The notes under the pieces: generated by a model
Database searches by the model: none
Told to the model about the DNA's origin: nothing
Seen by the model: only the letters and a program-made list of their open reading frames with translations
Made by a program: the position numbers and the translations under genes
Virus record (IMG/VR): IMGVR_UViG_3300014204_000011
Coordinates: 1 to 64,000 of that record
From: a virus
Taxonomy: Duplodnaviria > Caudoviricetes
DNA length: 64,000 nt
Strand: one strand, 5' to 3'
Shown: positions 46,852 through 57,488 of the stretch, piece by piece
Position numbering within the stretch: the stretch's first letter is position 1
How the letters are laid out: each line of letters opens with the position of its first letter

Positions 46852-47630
46852 TGACAGTTATAGCTAAATATAGCGATTATTCAGTTCAAAGTATTGAATA
46901 TTTTATAGATGCTATTAAGGATGAATTAGCGTTAAGAGATATTTCAGGACTGACTAATAACACTATACAAAAAATAAATGTAACGAAACAACATCCACTT
47001 GTAACGCTCATGGATAGTTCAATTAATCCGAATAAAAATCTTGATGATACAAGATCAAGTATAATACCTGCAATTTCTGTAACTCCTGGTAATATGGCTG
47101 ATGAAGCTGCAACTATGGGTAAATCTTATCAAGCTTTTGTTATTGATGACGATTGGATTACTGAATTTAAAGAAATTGTAAATAAGACACAAAAAGAAAT
47201 TTTGGAAGATGGATTGATAACAGTTGATCAGGCTAATGCTATTATGACTGAATATAGGCGTGGTCAGGGTGTAATGCGTTGTCAAAAACATATGTGGGGA
47301 TGGAATGAGGAGATAAATATTAGTTTGTGGTCTAACACTCCGGATGTTGATGTTGTTATGGCTACACTTCTTGATAGTATTCTTGCTGAAATTGCTATGG
47401 GTACGGTAGGTGATAATTCCGCTTTAAAAAACATGAAATATAGACCTACAAAAGGTCTGACTAATTTCAATTTCGGGCGTGTTCTTTTCGGTACAGAATA
47501 TAACTTGACATTTTTCAATACTTACCATAATTATACGATATTCACTGAAGATCTTATATCAGGACATGATCTTCAAGGTACATTCACAGTTCCAGGGAGC
47601 ACGGAAACATGGCAAACACCGACCGAATGA
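46851..47630 (+). CDS. tail terminator/completion protein
   Basis: position before sheath; NFNFGRVLF motif. Confidence 0.5.
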   Translation: MTVIAKYSDYSVQSIEYFIDAIKDELALRDISGLTNNTIQKINVTKQHPLVTLMDSSINPNKNLDDTRSSIIPAISVTPGNMADEAATMGKSYQAFVIDDDWITEFKEIVNKTQKEILEDGLITVDQANAIMTEYRRGQGVMRCQKHMWGWNEEINISLWSNTPDVDVVMATLLDSILAEIAMGTVGDNSALKNMKYRPTKGLTNFNFGRVLFGTEYNLTFFNTYHNYTIFTEDLISGHDLQGTFTVPGSTETWQTPTE

Positions 47631-47794
47631 CGCTAGATACTTACCTTGCTAATTATTCAACAAAACGTAGAATAGATGGAGTTATAAAACAATGGTTTGC
47701 GTCTAATTATGGTGCAAAATATTGTGTTAAAACTAAAGAAGAATGGGAAAAAGATATAAAAGATTTTTTTTCTAAGACTGAAAAGAAAATTTAA
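47627..47794 (+). CDS. small protein upstream of sheath
   Basis: ATGA overlap; typical position. Confidence 0.5.
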   Translation: MTLDTYLANYSTKRRIDGVIKQWFASNYGAKYCVKTKEEWEKDIKDFFSKTEKKI

Positions 47795-47810
47795 TTAAGA
47801 GGTAAAAGGT

Positions 47811-49598
47811 ATGGCAGTATATTATGATTTTGCCGGACAGAAGATTATAAAACCTGGTTCATATACTAAAAGGTCTTTTCCTGCCGAACAAGGGTTGGGA
47901 AATCTTACCGGTCGTGTTATTATCATGGGAGAAGCTACAAAAGGCGGTATTCCTTTTGATGCTTATACAGATGTCGAAGACGTAATAAATACTGTAAATG
48001 GTCAAGCCCAGGCATTGAATGTTTTCGGAGGAGGCCCTTTATATTATAGTACAGAATTTTTTCTCACACCTACAAAAGATCCGAGATTTAATACACCTTC
48101 AAAAGCTGATTGTATAGTTGTAAATCAAATGACTCAGGCTTCCGGAACTCTCAATAATAGCGCAACACCTATTATTGATGTTAAGTTTAACAAGTTTGGT
48201 ACAGACGGAAATCAGGCTGCAATTAAAGATAGTGCCGGATCTTCTACCGGTAAACTACTTCAATTACTTTATAAGGGCGAAGAGCTTCTAAACAAAGATA
48301 ATCTTACATTGCCAATGTTTAGTCTTCAATATACTGGAGCTAGTACAGGCGCATTGTTAAGCATAAGTGCTACAAAAATAACTACTGTATGTTCTGGTGC
48401 TACAGGGGATAACCTTGATATTACTCTTTCAGAGTATGATGATTTAGGCAGTCTTGTAAATTATATAAACAGTAAATCAGTTTATACATGTTTATTGACT
48501 GGTAAAAGTGACGAAAAAGTAAATATTTTTGATGTTGTAACTTCTCAGGATATTTTAACAGCAGCTTATCCATGTGTAGCTATTGTAGAAGCTCTGATAA
48601 GAGCAATTACCGGAAGTGAATCTTTTACAGCGACACTACATACCGGAAGTACAAGGCTTGTACCTGATAATCTTAGTGATTATTTGTTTATGGCAGGTGG
48701 CACAGTAAGCGCAGCAACTACACAAAACTGGACAGACGCACTTGAAAAACTTGAAAAGTATGATGTAAACTGTCTTGTAATTGCAAGCGGAAGCGCAACT
48801 ATTAAAGCTCTTGTAAGTTCTCATATTACTAAAATGAATGGCTTGACTGTTAAAAAATATAGACAAGCTATATCCGGAGCAAGTACAGTTGAAAATACAA
48901 AATCTTCAAGAATTGCAGAAATGAAATCTTTGAATAATGCTTATTTTGAATACTGTGTAAGCCCATTTAAACGATATGATTATGTAAATAAAGAAGTTCC
49001 TACAAATGATTTTGAAGCATATTATCTTGGTGCAATGATCGCAGGTCTTAGATATTCAAATAATGTAGGTATGGATGTAGTTTTTAAATATCTTGATGTA
49101 CTTTCTACTCCGGAAATAGCTGAAGAAGATCAAAACGATTATGCTGAAGCCGGTGCAACACTTATTCAAAAAACAAATAATGTTTTTAACGGTACTCAGA
49201 ATTTTGAAATATTGATAAATAACAGCACTTTCCAGGGGAGTCAGGTAACAAGAACTAATCCTGCATGTGTTTATGAAATCAATGTTTTGACTAAGTATTA
49301 TGAAGAATACATCACGGAGCAGTTAAGAGCATTAGATGGCGTTGCAAATTCTGTAGTTATCGCAACAATACAGAATAAAATAACAACCTATCTTTTCCCT
49401 GTTCTTTTCAGGGATTCATACAAATGGATTACTGATTATACAGATCCAGATACAGGCGCAGTTCAAGCAGCTTTTTCAAATGTAGTTTTTAGGCAAGAGG
49501 GTGAACAGTTTATAACTACGGCAGTTTTTACAATGTCTGTAACACCTAGATTTGCTTTCAATTTCTTTACTTTTATAACACCAGGACAGAATGTTTAA
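47811..49598 (+). CDS. contractile tail sheath protein
   Basis: 595 aa; YDFAGQKIIKPGSYT, IMGEATKG and GGPL motifs. Confidence 0.92.
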   Translation: MAVYYDFAGQKIIKPGSYTKRSFPAEQGLGNLTGRVIIMGEATKGGIPFDAYTDVEDVINTVNGQAQALNVFGGGPLYYSTEFFLTPTKDPRFNTPSKADCIVVNQMTQASGTLNNSATPIIDVKFNKFGTDGNQAAIKDSAGSSTGKLLQLLYKGEELLNKDNLTLPMFSLQYTGASTGALLSISATKITTVCSGATGDNLDITLSEYDDLGSLVNYINSKSVYTCLLTGKSDEKVNIFDVVTSQDILTAAYPCVAIVEALIRAITGSESFTATLHTGSTRLVPDNLSDYLFMAGGTVSAATTQNWTDALEKLEKYDVNCLVIASGSATIKALVSSHITKMNGLTVKKYRQAISGASTVENTKSSRIAEMKSLNNAYFEYCVSPFKRYDYVNKEVPTNDFEAYYLGAMIAGLRYSNNVGMDVVFKYLDVLSTPEIAEEDQNDYAEAGATLIQKTNNVFNGTQNFEILINNSTFQGSQVTRTNPACVYEINVLTKYYEEYITEQLRALDGVANSVVIATIQNKITTYLFPVLFRDSYKWITDYTDPDTGAVQAAFSNVVFRQEGEQFITTAVFTMSVTPRFAFNFFTFITPGQNV

Positions 49599-49609
49599 GG
49601 AGGTTTTAT

Positions 49610-50068
49610 ATGGCTTTTAGATCAGGTGGAGAACCACAAGGGCCTGTTGGAAGTGGTATAGATTGCTTCCTTATGCAGGATAATACAATTCTCGGTTATT
49701 CGACCGAGATGAATGTCAATGAAGACTACATGTTGGACGGCGTTCAGAGTCTTGGATATTACGGTTACAGAGATTTACTCAGTTTGGGATATAACTGTGA
49801 TTTTGACTTGGGAACTTTTTTACTTAGAGGTGCAGATGTAACCGGATCTGTCTCAATGCCAGGTTGGCAGCCAGACGGAAATAACAATATAAACAGTGCC
49901 GGTTTATTTACATTTACCGCATTGGATATTCACACTTTAACAGTTCTTTTTACTTTAATGGGTGCTAAATATGGCGGTGGAAATTTAACTGTTGCTGTAG
50001 GTGCGTTAATGAAACGCCAGACAAGATGGCGTTGCAGAATGTTGCTCCCCGGTTTACAAACTTCTTAA
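49610..50068 (+). CDS. tail tube protein
   Basis: 152 aa directly after sheath; AAGGAGG RBS. Confidence 0.8.
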   Translation: MAFRSGGEPQGPVGSGIDCFLMQDNTILGYSTEMNVNEDYMLDGVQSLGYYGYRDLLSLGYNCDFDLGTFLLRGADVTGSVSMPGWQPDGNNNINSAGLFTFTALDIHTLTVLFTLMGAKYGGGNLTVAVGALMKRQTRWRCRMLLPGLQTS

Positions 50069-50090
50069 ATACTAAAATACTTTGAATTTT

Positions 50091-50127
50091 AAAAATCGGG
50101 ATTATCAAATTGATTTTCCCGATTTTT
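50091..50127 (+). terminator. intrinsic terminator after tube
   Basis: AAAAATCGGGA...TCCCGATTTTT stem. Confidence 0.75.
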
Positions 50128-50211
50128 CTATTTTGTAAATTATTTTTCTTACTTGACAAAAAATAAATATCAATTACCTTAAAACAAATTAAATAAAAAT
50201 GGAGAAAAACT

Positions 50212-50586
50212 TTGAATTTATTAAATATGGAAGAAGAGAAATTTAAGGAAATAGAAGTTAAGGGTTATAAATTTAAAATCAGGGCTATGTCTCCTAAAGA
50301 CAGGCGAATTATAACACAAAGAAGAGTATTTTTACAAAATGGTCAACCCGTATCATCTTTTACAGATGATGATTTTTATTATCTTGAAAGCCTGGCTATG
50401 AATGATATTTGCATTGAAAAAATGCCTGATCCGGAAGGAGATAATTTTAAACCGAATATGTCTTGCGATAATTGGGATGATGTGGATTTGATAAATCTTG
50501 TCGCAAATGAAATAAGAAAACACACCGCTTACATTGAAGAGGAGTTAAAAAAAAATAGACCTTCTACTGGAATCGTCAAAGGATGA
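50212..50586 (+). CDS. tail assembly chaperone (N-terminal form)
   Basis: between tube and tape measure; TTG start after GGAG; promoter-like TTGACA at 50153. Confidence 0.7.
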   Translation: MNLLNMEEEKFKEIEVKGYKFKIRAMSPKDRRIITQRRVFLQNGQPVSSFTDDDFYYLESLAMNDICIEKMPDPEGDNFKPNMSCDNWDDVDLINLVANEIRKHTAYIEEELKKNRPSTGIVKG

Positions 50587-51025
50587 TTATTTTATAGACG
50601 GGTTTTTGCTCCGTCATTTTAATATATTCCCTCCTACTTTAGATAAGGAAAATCTTTATGAAGAACAGAAGATTTTCCTTATCTATTTAATGGCTCAAAT
50701 ACCTGAAATAGACCACTGGAAAAGAAATGTCGAATACAAAACTAAACTTGCCGAAATTAAACAATTAGATGTAAATAAAATAAAAATAGATAAAACCATA
50801 ATTGATCTTGCTTCTATAAATGGCAAGGATATGAAAAAATTAAAAAAAGAACAACTTTTACTTGAAAAGAAAAAACGTATTACTGAGCTTAATAAAGAAT
50901 ATGGTATTAAAGATCCGGAAAAAGAAGCAGAAAAAACAGTTGATATAAAACAAGATATAAATAATAATAATCATAATCCTACAAGATTATGGGATATTTT
51001 ACATGGTAAGGGACTGGTAAAATAA
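50549..51025 (+). CDS. tail assembly chaperone C-terminal frame, probably frameshift-accessed
   Basis: frame opens at 50549 inside an A9 run; no convincing RBS or ATG of its own. Confidence 0.6.
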   Translation, partial: KKIDLLLESSKDDYFIDGFLLRHFNIFPPTLDKENLYEEQKIFLIYLMAQIPEIDHWKRNVEYKTKLAEIKQLDVNKIKIDKTIIDLASINGKDMKKLKKEQLLLEKKKRITELNKEYGIKDPEKEAEKTVDIKQDINNNNHNPTRLWDILHGKGLVK

Positions 51026-52636
51026 ATGGATTATAATATAAATTTTAAATACAAGTCTGGTGGTGGTACGGCAAGTTCTGGTATGTCTGCAATTACAGGG
51101 GCTAGACAAAAAGCTATGCAAGCCAATACTAAACAAAATGCAACATTAAGACCTGATGAAAATTCTCGAAAACTTATTGATACAAATATAAAACTCAGTA
51201 CAAATATTCTAAAACTAAATCAATCTATTGCTATGCTTACAGGTGTTATAAAAAATCGTGGTTTAGGCGGTGGCGGTGGTGGAGGTTCGCCAGCTTTAGG
51301 CGGTAATTCTGGTTTAGGGAGTGTAGGTTCTGCTCTAGGATATATTGGTGTACCAGTAGCATTAGCCGGTTTTGCAATACAAAAGATAAATCAAATAGGT
51401 AGTGCATATATAGAAAAAGTTAGTCAACAAAAAGGAACTGTAGGTGTTGGTGGTTTCCGTAAAGAAAGAGAGGGTGCTTATCTTGGGCCAGAAGTTGGGG
51501 CTGCTTATAAAGCTCATAGAATGGCAGTTGGAAAATTCACAGGTGAAGTCGATCCTATGGCTTTTAAGATGGGGACTATTTTTGGTCAATCGGCTGAAGA
51601 AGTTGGTACACAATCAGGTCAAATAGCAAGATATGGAAAATCTTATGGAGATATTGCTGCAACTGGAATGGGGGCAGGTATAGAAACAGATTTACCTAAA
51701 TTTATGCAAGCCATTGCAGGTGAACTTGAAGATGCGGTTAAAAATGGTGTAAATTCTTCAAATATGAGTAGTGACATAGGTGATGAATTATCGGTTTTAA
51801 CATCTAAAACAAATACAAAAAGTGTAGAAATGGCTTTAGGTATAGTCAGCAAAACTAAAGCTTCAAAAGAAAGTGCTTCAATGGGGCAAATAGGGGGTGT
51901 AGAATCTTTAATGACATGGAAAGCTGGACAGACTAAGCTTTTAGAAGAATTAAATGCTCCTAATGCGAAAAAATCTCAAAAAATAAATAGTCTCATAGGT
52001 CAAGGACTTTTAACAGATGCAGAAGGTGTTGAACTTTTAAAAAAAGATAAAGTTGATGAACAATTTATTAGAAATAAAATTGGTCAAAGTGGATTTTCAA
52101 CCTTAGTTAGAAATGAAATAGATAGTATGAATAGTGTAGAATCAGCAAGATTATCTATGAAAGAAACTCAAAAATCTTTGAAGCTTCCAGAGGGAGTTGA
52201 GGGGATGAGAAGATTAAATGCTATACTTCCTCAATATGGAAGTTCATTAAAAACATCTGAAGTACAAGCTTTATATGCAACAGTTAATGATCCTGAAGCA
52301 TTTAAGAAAGTCATGGAATCTCAAGATGTAGGTCGTCAAAAATTGCAACAAAAATTTACTCAAGTTGAAGGTTTTGAACCTATGCTTGGAGTTCAAAAAG
52401 CGCAAATGATGGATAATTTATTATATAAACATGGCCCAATGCTTGCAGAAGCTAGTTTAAAACTCGAAAAAACATTAATTAAAATGGCTGATTCTTTAGC
52501 AACTACAGCAAAATCAGTCATTGATACACTTTCAGGTGGTAATATTCTTTCAGCAGAAGAAAGAGCTGCGGTTCAGCAACGCATGAATAATACACCAATG
52601 TCAACATGGGGAGATGATCTTTCTGGTGGTTTGTAA
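51026..52636 (+). CDS. tape-measure-like protein (short)
   Basis: helical, G/A/S-rich; follows the chaperones. Confidence 0.7.
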   Translation: MDYNINFKYKSGGGTASSGMSAITGARQKAMQANTKQNATLRPDENSRKLIDTNIKLSTNILKLNQSIAMLTGVIKNRGLGGGGGGGSPALGGNSGLGSVGSALGYIGVPVALAGFAIQKINQIGSAYIEKVSQQKGTVGVGGFRKEREGAYLGPEVGAAYKAHRMAVGKFTGEVDPMAFKMGTIFGQSAEEVGTQSGQIARYGKSYGDIAATGMGAGIETDLPKFMQAIAGELEDAVKNGVNSSNMSSDIGDELSVLTSKTNTKSVEMALGIVSKTKASKESASMGQIGGVESLMTWKAGQTKLLEELNAPNAKKSQKINSLIGQGLLTDAEGVELLKKDKVDEQFIRNKIGQSGFSTLVRNEIDSMNSVESARLSMKETQKSLKLPEGVEGMRRLNAILPQYGSSLKTSEVQALYATVNDPEAFKKVMESQDVGRQKLQQKFTQVEGFEPMLGVQKAQMMDNLLYKHGPMLAEASLKLEKTLIKMADSLATTAKSVIDTLSGGNILSAEERAAVQQRMNNTPMSTWGDDLSGGL

Positions 52637-52659
52637 AATGATAATAGGAATTAAATTAA

Positions 52660-54453
52660 ATGCCAACAAGTAATATAGTACAATATTCTAAAGATATGAT
52701 GAATAGTCCAAGCATTAGTGGAAATACTAATGCTCATAAAATTATATTCAATGCTGGAATTGAGTCTTCTCTTGAATATGCCGAACCTAAAAAAAATATA
52801 GTTCCTAAAATCCAACTTCTATTTTCTCCTTTTGGATTGCCTTTTATACCTTTGGAAATAGTCGGTTCTGATATGGGTAAAATAATATCTCAATTGGGCT
52901 GGACTAAAGATAGAACAAATGCTGGAGGCGTATTATCTATTTCTATTACCCCTGATTCTAAAAGTATTAAAGATATGGTTAATATTTTAAATAAATATTC
53001 AGGTAATTATTATTCTAAAATTTGGGGAGAACTTGGCGTTGATTTAGAAGATTTATTCAAACCTATGACATTATGCCAGCTTTGGATTAATGGTTATCAT
53101 GTTATGACTGGTACTGTTAATTCATGTAGAAGAGGTGCTTCTGTAGGTAATAATTCAAAAGAAGTTTATTATAATATAAGCATAAATGAATTAGGTTGTT
53201 TATATGATTTTAATATAATAAGCCTTGATACTAATATTTTTGATGGACTTAAAACTGTTACAAAAGATTCTATAAAATCAGCTTTAGAATTAGTTTCTAA
53301 TATAAAAGGCCCTTCATTATCTCAAGGGATTCAAGCTTTAGTTACGGCTTTTTTAACTACATTTTTACAATCCGGTGTCAGCCTTAGTGATGGATTACCT
53401 TTATTTCTAAGAATGATCGCAAAAGAAAGTCCTTTGGGCGGTTTATCTAATCTTTCATATGCTCAAAATATGATTGTAGATACAGCAATGTTTGAACTTA
53501 GCGGAGGTCAATCATTCTGGAGTTTTTTAAAAAATTTCATCCCTAATCCGTGGATGGAAATTTTTACAGAAAGTGGAGGTAGAACTTTTGTTTCTGATAA
53601 TTTAGGAACTCCGGCTGTTCTTTTCCCTGGATTTAATTATATAATTTCAAGATCAGTACCTTATTCAAATCCTTTATTAGGTATAGTAAATCCATCTATG
53701 TTAGCACAAACCGTACCTTTTGATTTAAGTGCATTAAATCTTTTATTAGGTGGAGATTTTATAATTATTACAGATGATGATATTCAAGATAAAGATCTTG
53801 GATTTGATTCATCTAATCAAAGCACAATTTTCCATGTCAGATATTCTGCAAATGGTGGGATGATGCCTTTAGATAATGATGATAAGCCCATTCATTCCAT
53901 AGGCCCATTAAACCCCCTTGCAAGTGGGGGTATGAAAACTTTTGGATTAAGGGATATGTTTCAAACTATAAATTGTACTCATTTATTTAATATGGGTACA
54001 GCTTCAAATTATGTTGAACGTCTTGCTAAAAACAAACTTGGATTTCCTTTGGAGATAATGTCTAAACCTGCAATGGCTAATCTTTTGGCGGTTTGGTTTA
54101 GAAATCAAAGTAGATTTAGAGAAGGTAGCGTTACGACAAGATGTATCCCTTATGCAAGAGCAGGTATGTATTGTCTTTATCTTCCAACTATAAGCGGTAA
54201 AAAAGTAGAAAATTTAAGAGATATTGGAATTTATTATATTGATAGTTTAAGTCATAATTATGCAATAATGAATAATTCAGTATCTTTCACTACAAATCTT
54301 AATTTAATTAGAGGCGTACCTTTACCTTTAACCGTAGCTCAAACAGCTTTATTATTATTTGATTATGAAATATTACCTCCTGAAAGTGGTTTATGGGACG
54401 GAGAATATGCGATTTTATCAGCTTTAAGAAAATCTTTAGAATTTGGAATTTAA
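52660..54453 (+). CDS. baseplate hub protein
   Basis: 597 aa after TMP; C-terminal REGSVTT...YARAG..YYIDSLSHNY...TNLNLIRG. Confidence 0.7.
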   Translation: MPTSNIVQYSKDMMNSPSISGNTNAHKIIFNAGIESSLEYAEPKKNIVPKIQLLFSPFGLPFIPLEIVGSDMGKIISQLGWTKDRTNAGGVLSISITPDSKSIKDMVNILNKYSGNYYSKIWGELGVDLEDLFKPMTLCQLWINGYHVMTGTVNSCRRGASVGNNSKEVYYNISINELGCLYDFNIISLDTNIFDGLKTVTKDSIKSALELVSNIKGPSLSQGIQALVTAFLTTFLQSGVSLSDGLPLFLRMIAKESPLGGLSNLSYAQNMIVDTAMFELSGGQSFWSFLKNFIPNPWMEIFTESGGRTFVSDNLGTPAVLFPGFNYIISRSVPYSNPLLGIVNPSMLAQTVPFDLSALNLLLGGDFIIITDDDIQDKDLGFDSSNQSTIFHVRYSANGGMMPLDNDDKPIHSIGPLNPLASGGMKTFGLRDMFQTINCTHLFNMGTASNYVERLAKNKLGFPLEIMSKPAMANLLAVWFRNQSRFREGSVTTRCIPYARAGMYCLYLPTISGKKVENLRDIGIYYIDSLSHNYAIMNNSVSFTTNLNLIRGVPLPLTVAQTALLLFDYEILPPESGLWDGEYAILSALRKSLEFGI

Positions 54454-54454
54454 A

Positions 54455-55372
54455 ATGCCTATAGGAAAACAAAGACGCTTTGCTAAAAATAATGGAAGAG
54501 ATACACATGTTAGAAGTGTTGAACGAGATTTATTTAAAGTACAATCTACAAAAACTTTTGAAATAAAAACAGGTGAAGTTTTTTTAAATCAGGTTGAACC
54601 GGCTTTTAAACAAAATGCAGTATCAATAAAATTATCTAAAGGTGGTCGAATTGACGGAGTGCCTTTACCTGGTGCTTTCATTGATCCTTTTACCGGAAAT
54701 TTACATGGAAGTTATGAAGGTGTTATACCTGGTCAAATGATAAGCATAGGTTTTGTTGATGGTAATAGCGCAGCTCCAATAATTTTAAATAGATATCCTT
54801 ATCAAGGCAAAGGAAATACTTTAGTTGAAGATCAGTTTCTTACACCTATGTATAAAGCCGGATATATGGCAACAGATGTTCTTTTGGGACATTTTAGCGG
54901 ATCTAAAATTGGTTTATACACTGGCGGTGGTCTTAATGGGGCATTGCCTGGAAGTATAGGTATAGATGCTTTTACAGAATGTAATGTCACGGCTAAAACA
55001 AATATATTATTAGATGCTCTTGTCAGTGCTGAAGTTAAATCAGCTATGATTAAATTAACAGGTAGCACAAGTATTGAATCTTCTGCTCCATCAATTAAAT
55101 CCAACGGAAGTACAACGAATGAAATAAGTGCGCCTTTAGTTAAAATAGATGGAAGTGCAACTGTAGAAATAAATGGGAATACAAAACAATTTGTAACATG
55201 GTTGGAATTAAATACAGCACTTCAATTGCTTATATCTGCAATTACAGTTCCTTTAGTTGTAACAGGTGCAGTTCCGGCTTCTCCCCCTAATCCTGTAACA
55301 GCTTCATGGACTATTCCACCAACAATAGATATAACACTTGCTAAAACAACAAAAACATTATGCGGTGCTTAG
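54455..55372 (+). CDS. baseplate spike (gpV/gp5-like)
   Basis: OB-fold-like N-terminus (ISIGFVDGN) and beta-repeat C-terminus. Confidence 0.7.
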   Translation: MPIGKQRRFAKNNGRDTHVRSVERDLFKVQSTKTFEIKTGEVFLNQVEPAFKQNAVSIKLSKGGRIDGVPLPGAFIDPFTGNLHGSYEGVIPGQMISIGFVDGNSAAPIILNRYPYQGKGNTLVEDQFLTPMYKAGYMATDVLLGHFSGSKIGLYTGGGLNGALPGSIGIDAFTECNVTAKTNILLDALVSAEVKSAMIKLTGSTSIESSAPSIKSNGSTTNEISAPLVKIDGSATVEINGNTKQFVTWLELNTALQLLISAITVPLVVTGAVPASPPNPVTASWTIPPTIDITLAKTTKTLCGA

Positions 55373-56394
55373 AGAAAATTCTTATGTTTTTCTTTTATCA
55401 TTGATTCAATACTTTTATTTATTCCACTGCCTCTACAGCCAAGAGGACATATATTTGGATTAAAACCTTTGTTCGTTACATGATTAAACATTAACTGTCT
55501 TTCATAAAAATAATTTTCATAATCACAAAGATTTGTGATTCTATAATCATCTAAATGTATTACATGACAGCATTGATAAATGTCTCCGTCTGCGGTAATA
55601 GTAACTATAAATTCACTTGCATGGCATGTACTGAATCCGAAGTCTTTACTGTTATTAAATATATCCTGCCATTTTTCGCTGATAATGACTTTTTTATCAT
55701 TTAATAAAAAATCAAATTCTTCTTTTATAATTTTTAAATTCAAACCGGTATATATTTTTTCGTTTATTTTTGATTCAATTGGCCTGATATTTATATAATC
55801 AATATCAGGAAATATAATTGATAATTCACGAACTATTTCTACTATTATATCACAATTAAATTCATTTACAACAATTTGAATACCAACAACAAGTCCGGAT
55901 TTACTTTCTTTTTTATTAGCTAATAATTTACTTATATTATTTTTAACAATTTCAAAACTATGCGTGCCTCTGATATTAAAATAAGTCTCATCATCTGCTG
56001 AATCTAAACTGATTCTTACCCATCTGAAATCACGCACATATCTTTTTATCAACTCGTCAGGCATTACAATTCCGTTTGTAATCATACCCAACTCAATATT
56101 TTTCAACTCATCAATAACCATAAGAATATCTCTATTAAGTGTTGATTCCCCTCCTCCGCTAAAATAACAGGCTTTTACACCGACACTATCTATAAACTTA
56201 CGCAAGAGCTTTATATTTTCAAGACTCATGTTTTCATTTTTATGATTCTGCTTCTGTCCACAATAAGTGCAGGCATTATTACATCTATTACTTAAATGTA
56301 TTTCAGCCGTTACAGGCTTGACGGTTTCATCATTAATCCATGCCTTTAAACGATCAGGATGATAGAATATTTTATCCGGTGCAATGTATTTCAT
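55369..56394 (-). CDS. radical SAM/SPASM protein
   Basis: CNNACTYC, FSGGGES, ITNG and WVRISLD; C-terminal Cys cluster. Confidence 0.9.
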   Translation of the reverse strand: MKYIAPDKIFYHPDRLKAWINDETVKPVTAEIHLSNRCNNACTYCGQKQNHKNENMSLENIKLLRKFIDSVGVKACYFSGGGESTLNRDILMVIDELKNIELGMITNGIVMPDELIKRYVRDFRWVRISLDSADDETYFNIRGTHSFEIVKNNISKLLANKKESKSGLVVGIQIVVNEFNCDIIVEIVRELSIIFPDIDYINIRPIESKINEKIYTGLNLKIIKEEFDFLLNDKKVIISEKWQDIFNNSKDFGFSTCHASEFIVTITADGDIYQCCHVIHLDDYRITNLCDYENYFYERQLMFNHVTNKGFNPNICPLGCRGSGINKSIESMIKEKHKNFL

Positions 56395-57488
56395 TTAAGC
56401 AGTTCTCCTCTAATTATTTTCATACTATCATCTAAAGCATTTTTAACCGTTACATCCATGTCATTGTATTTATAAGTACCAAGCCGACCTGCGAAATGCA
56501 CATTTTTTTCTTCTTGTGCCATTTCAAAATATTTCATATAAGTATCAATATTTTTATTATTTTCAACAGGATAATAAGGTTCTTCCGGATTATTGCAGGG
56601 ATATTCTTCAGCATATACAGTATAATCTTTTTCAAATGCTTCGTTGAATGGATTGAAATGTTTGAATTCTGTAATTCTAGTATAATCATATTTTTTTTCA
56701 GGATAGTGTATGACACTTATACCCTGAAAATCTTTAACAGATAATTCTTTAAATTCAAAACGAAGTGATCTCCAATCTAATTTTCCATGATAATTAAAAA
56801 AGTATTCATTTATTGGGCCGGTATAGATTATTTTATCAGCTAAAGATTTTAAATAAGGCATATCGTTTAATAAAAAATGCGTATTTAATCTGATTTCAAT
56901 TCCTTCTAATAAATTTTCAAACAAAGCATTATATCCTTTAAAAGGTATGCCTTGATAATAATCGTTAAAATAGCTATCATCGTAATTATCTCTAACCGGT
57001 ATTCGTTTAATAATAGATACCGGTAATAATTTAGGATCACAATTCCATTGTTTTTCAGTATATCCTTTTATAAATTTAGCATATAATATGATTCCAACTT
57101 TCGAAATTGCATATTCTTCAAAATTTTGAGGATTATCATTTTCAACTATATCCGGAATTTTATTCATCCCCCATACATCAAAAATTGTTTTTTTATTTAT
57201 TGGAAAATTAAACACTCTTTCTACTGAATCAACCATTATCTTATGAGTAAATTGCCTGAATTCTCCGAACCTGTTTATATAATTCCACACCTGTTTATCG
57301 CTAGTATGGAAAACATGAGGCCCATATAAATGAACATCAATTCCGTTCATATCAGCACTTGCGCAATTACCGCCTATTCTATCTCTTTTATCAATGACAA
57401 GAACCTTATAACCTGCATCAGTTAAACGTCTTGCCATAACAGATCCGTATAGCCCTGCGCCTACGATTAAAATTTCGTAATGTTTCAT
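56391..57488 (-). CDS. glf: UDP-galactopyranose mutase
   Basis: IVGAGLYG, IGGNC, HLYGPHVFHT, YTEKQW, RITEFKHF and GRLGTYKY. Confidence 0.95.
   Translation of the reverse strand: MKHYEILIVGAGLYGSVMARRLTDAGYKVLVIDKRDRIGGNCASADMNGIDVHLYGPHVFHTSDKQVWNYINRFGEFRQFTHKIMVDSVERVFNFPINKKTIFDVWGMNKIPDIVENDNPQNFEEYAISKVGIILYAKFIKGYTEKQWNCDPKLLPVSIIKRIPVRDNYDDSYFNDYYQGIPFKGYNALFENLLEGIEIRLNTHFLLNDMPYLKSLADKIIYTGPINEYFFNYHGKLDWRSLRFEFKELSVKDFQGISVIHYPEKKYDYTRITEFKHFNPFNEAFEKDYTVYAEEYPCNNPEEPYYPVENNKNIDTYMKYFEMAQEEKNVHFAGRLGTYKYNDMDVTVKNALDDSMKIIRGELLK

Noticed and set aside
50101-50117. Third copy of the TTATCA operator (TTATCAAATTGATT)
   Set aside because: The spacing is one base shorter, the right arm is imperfect, and it is explained as the loop of a terminator hairpin.
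51026-52636. Truncated tape-measure gene
   Set aside because: No frameshifted continuation is evident, and 536 aa is compatible with a short contractile tail.
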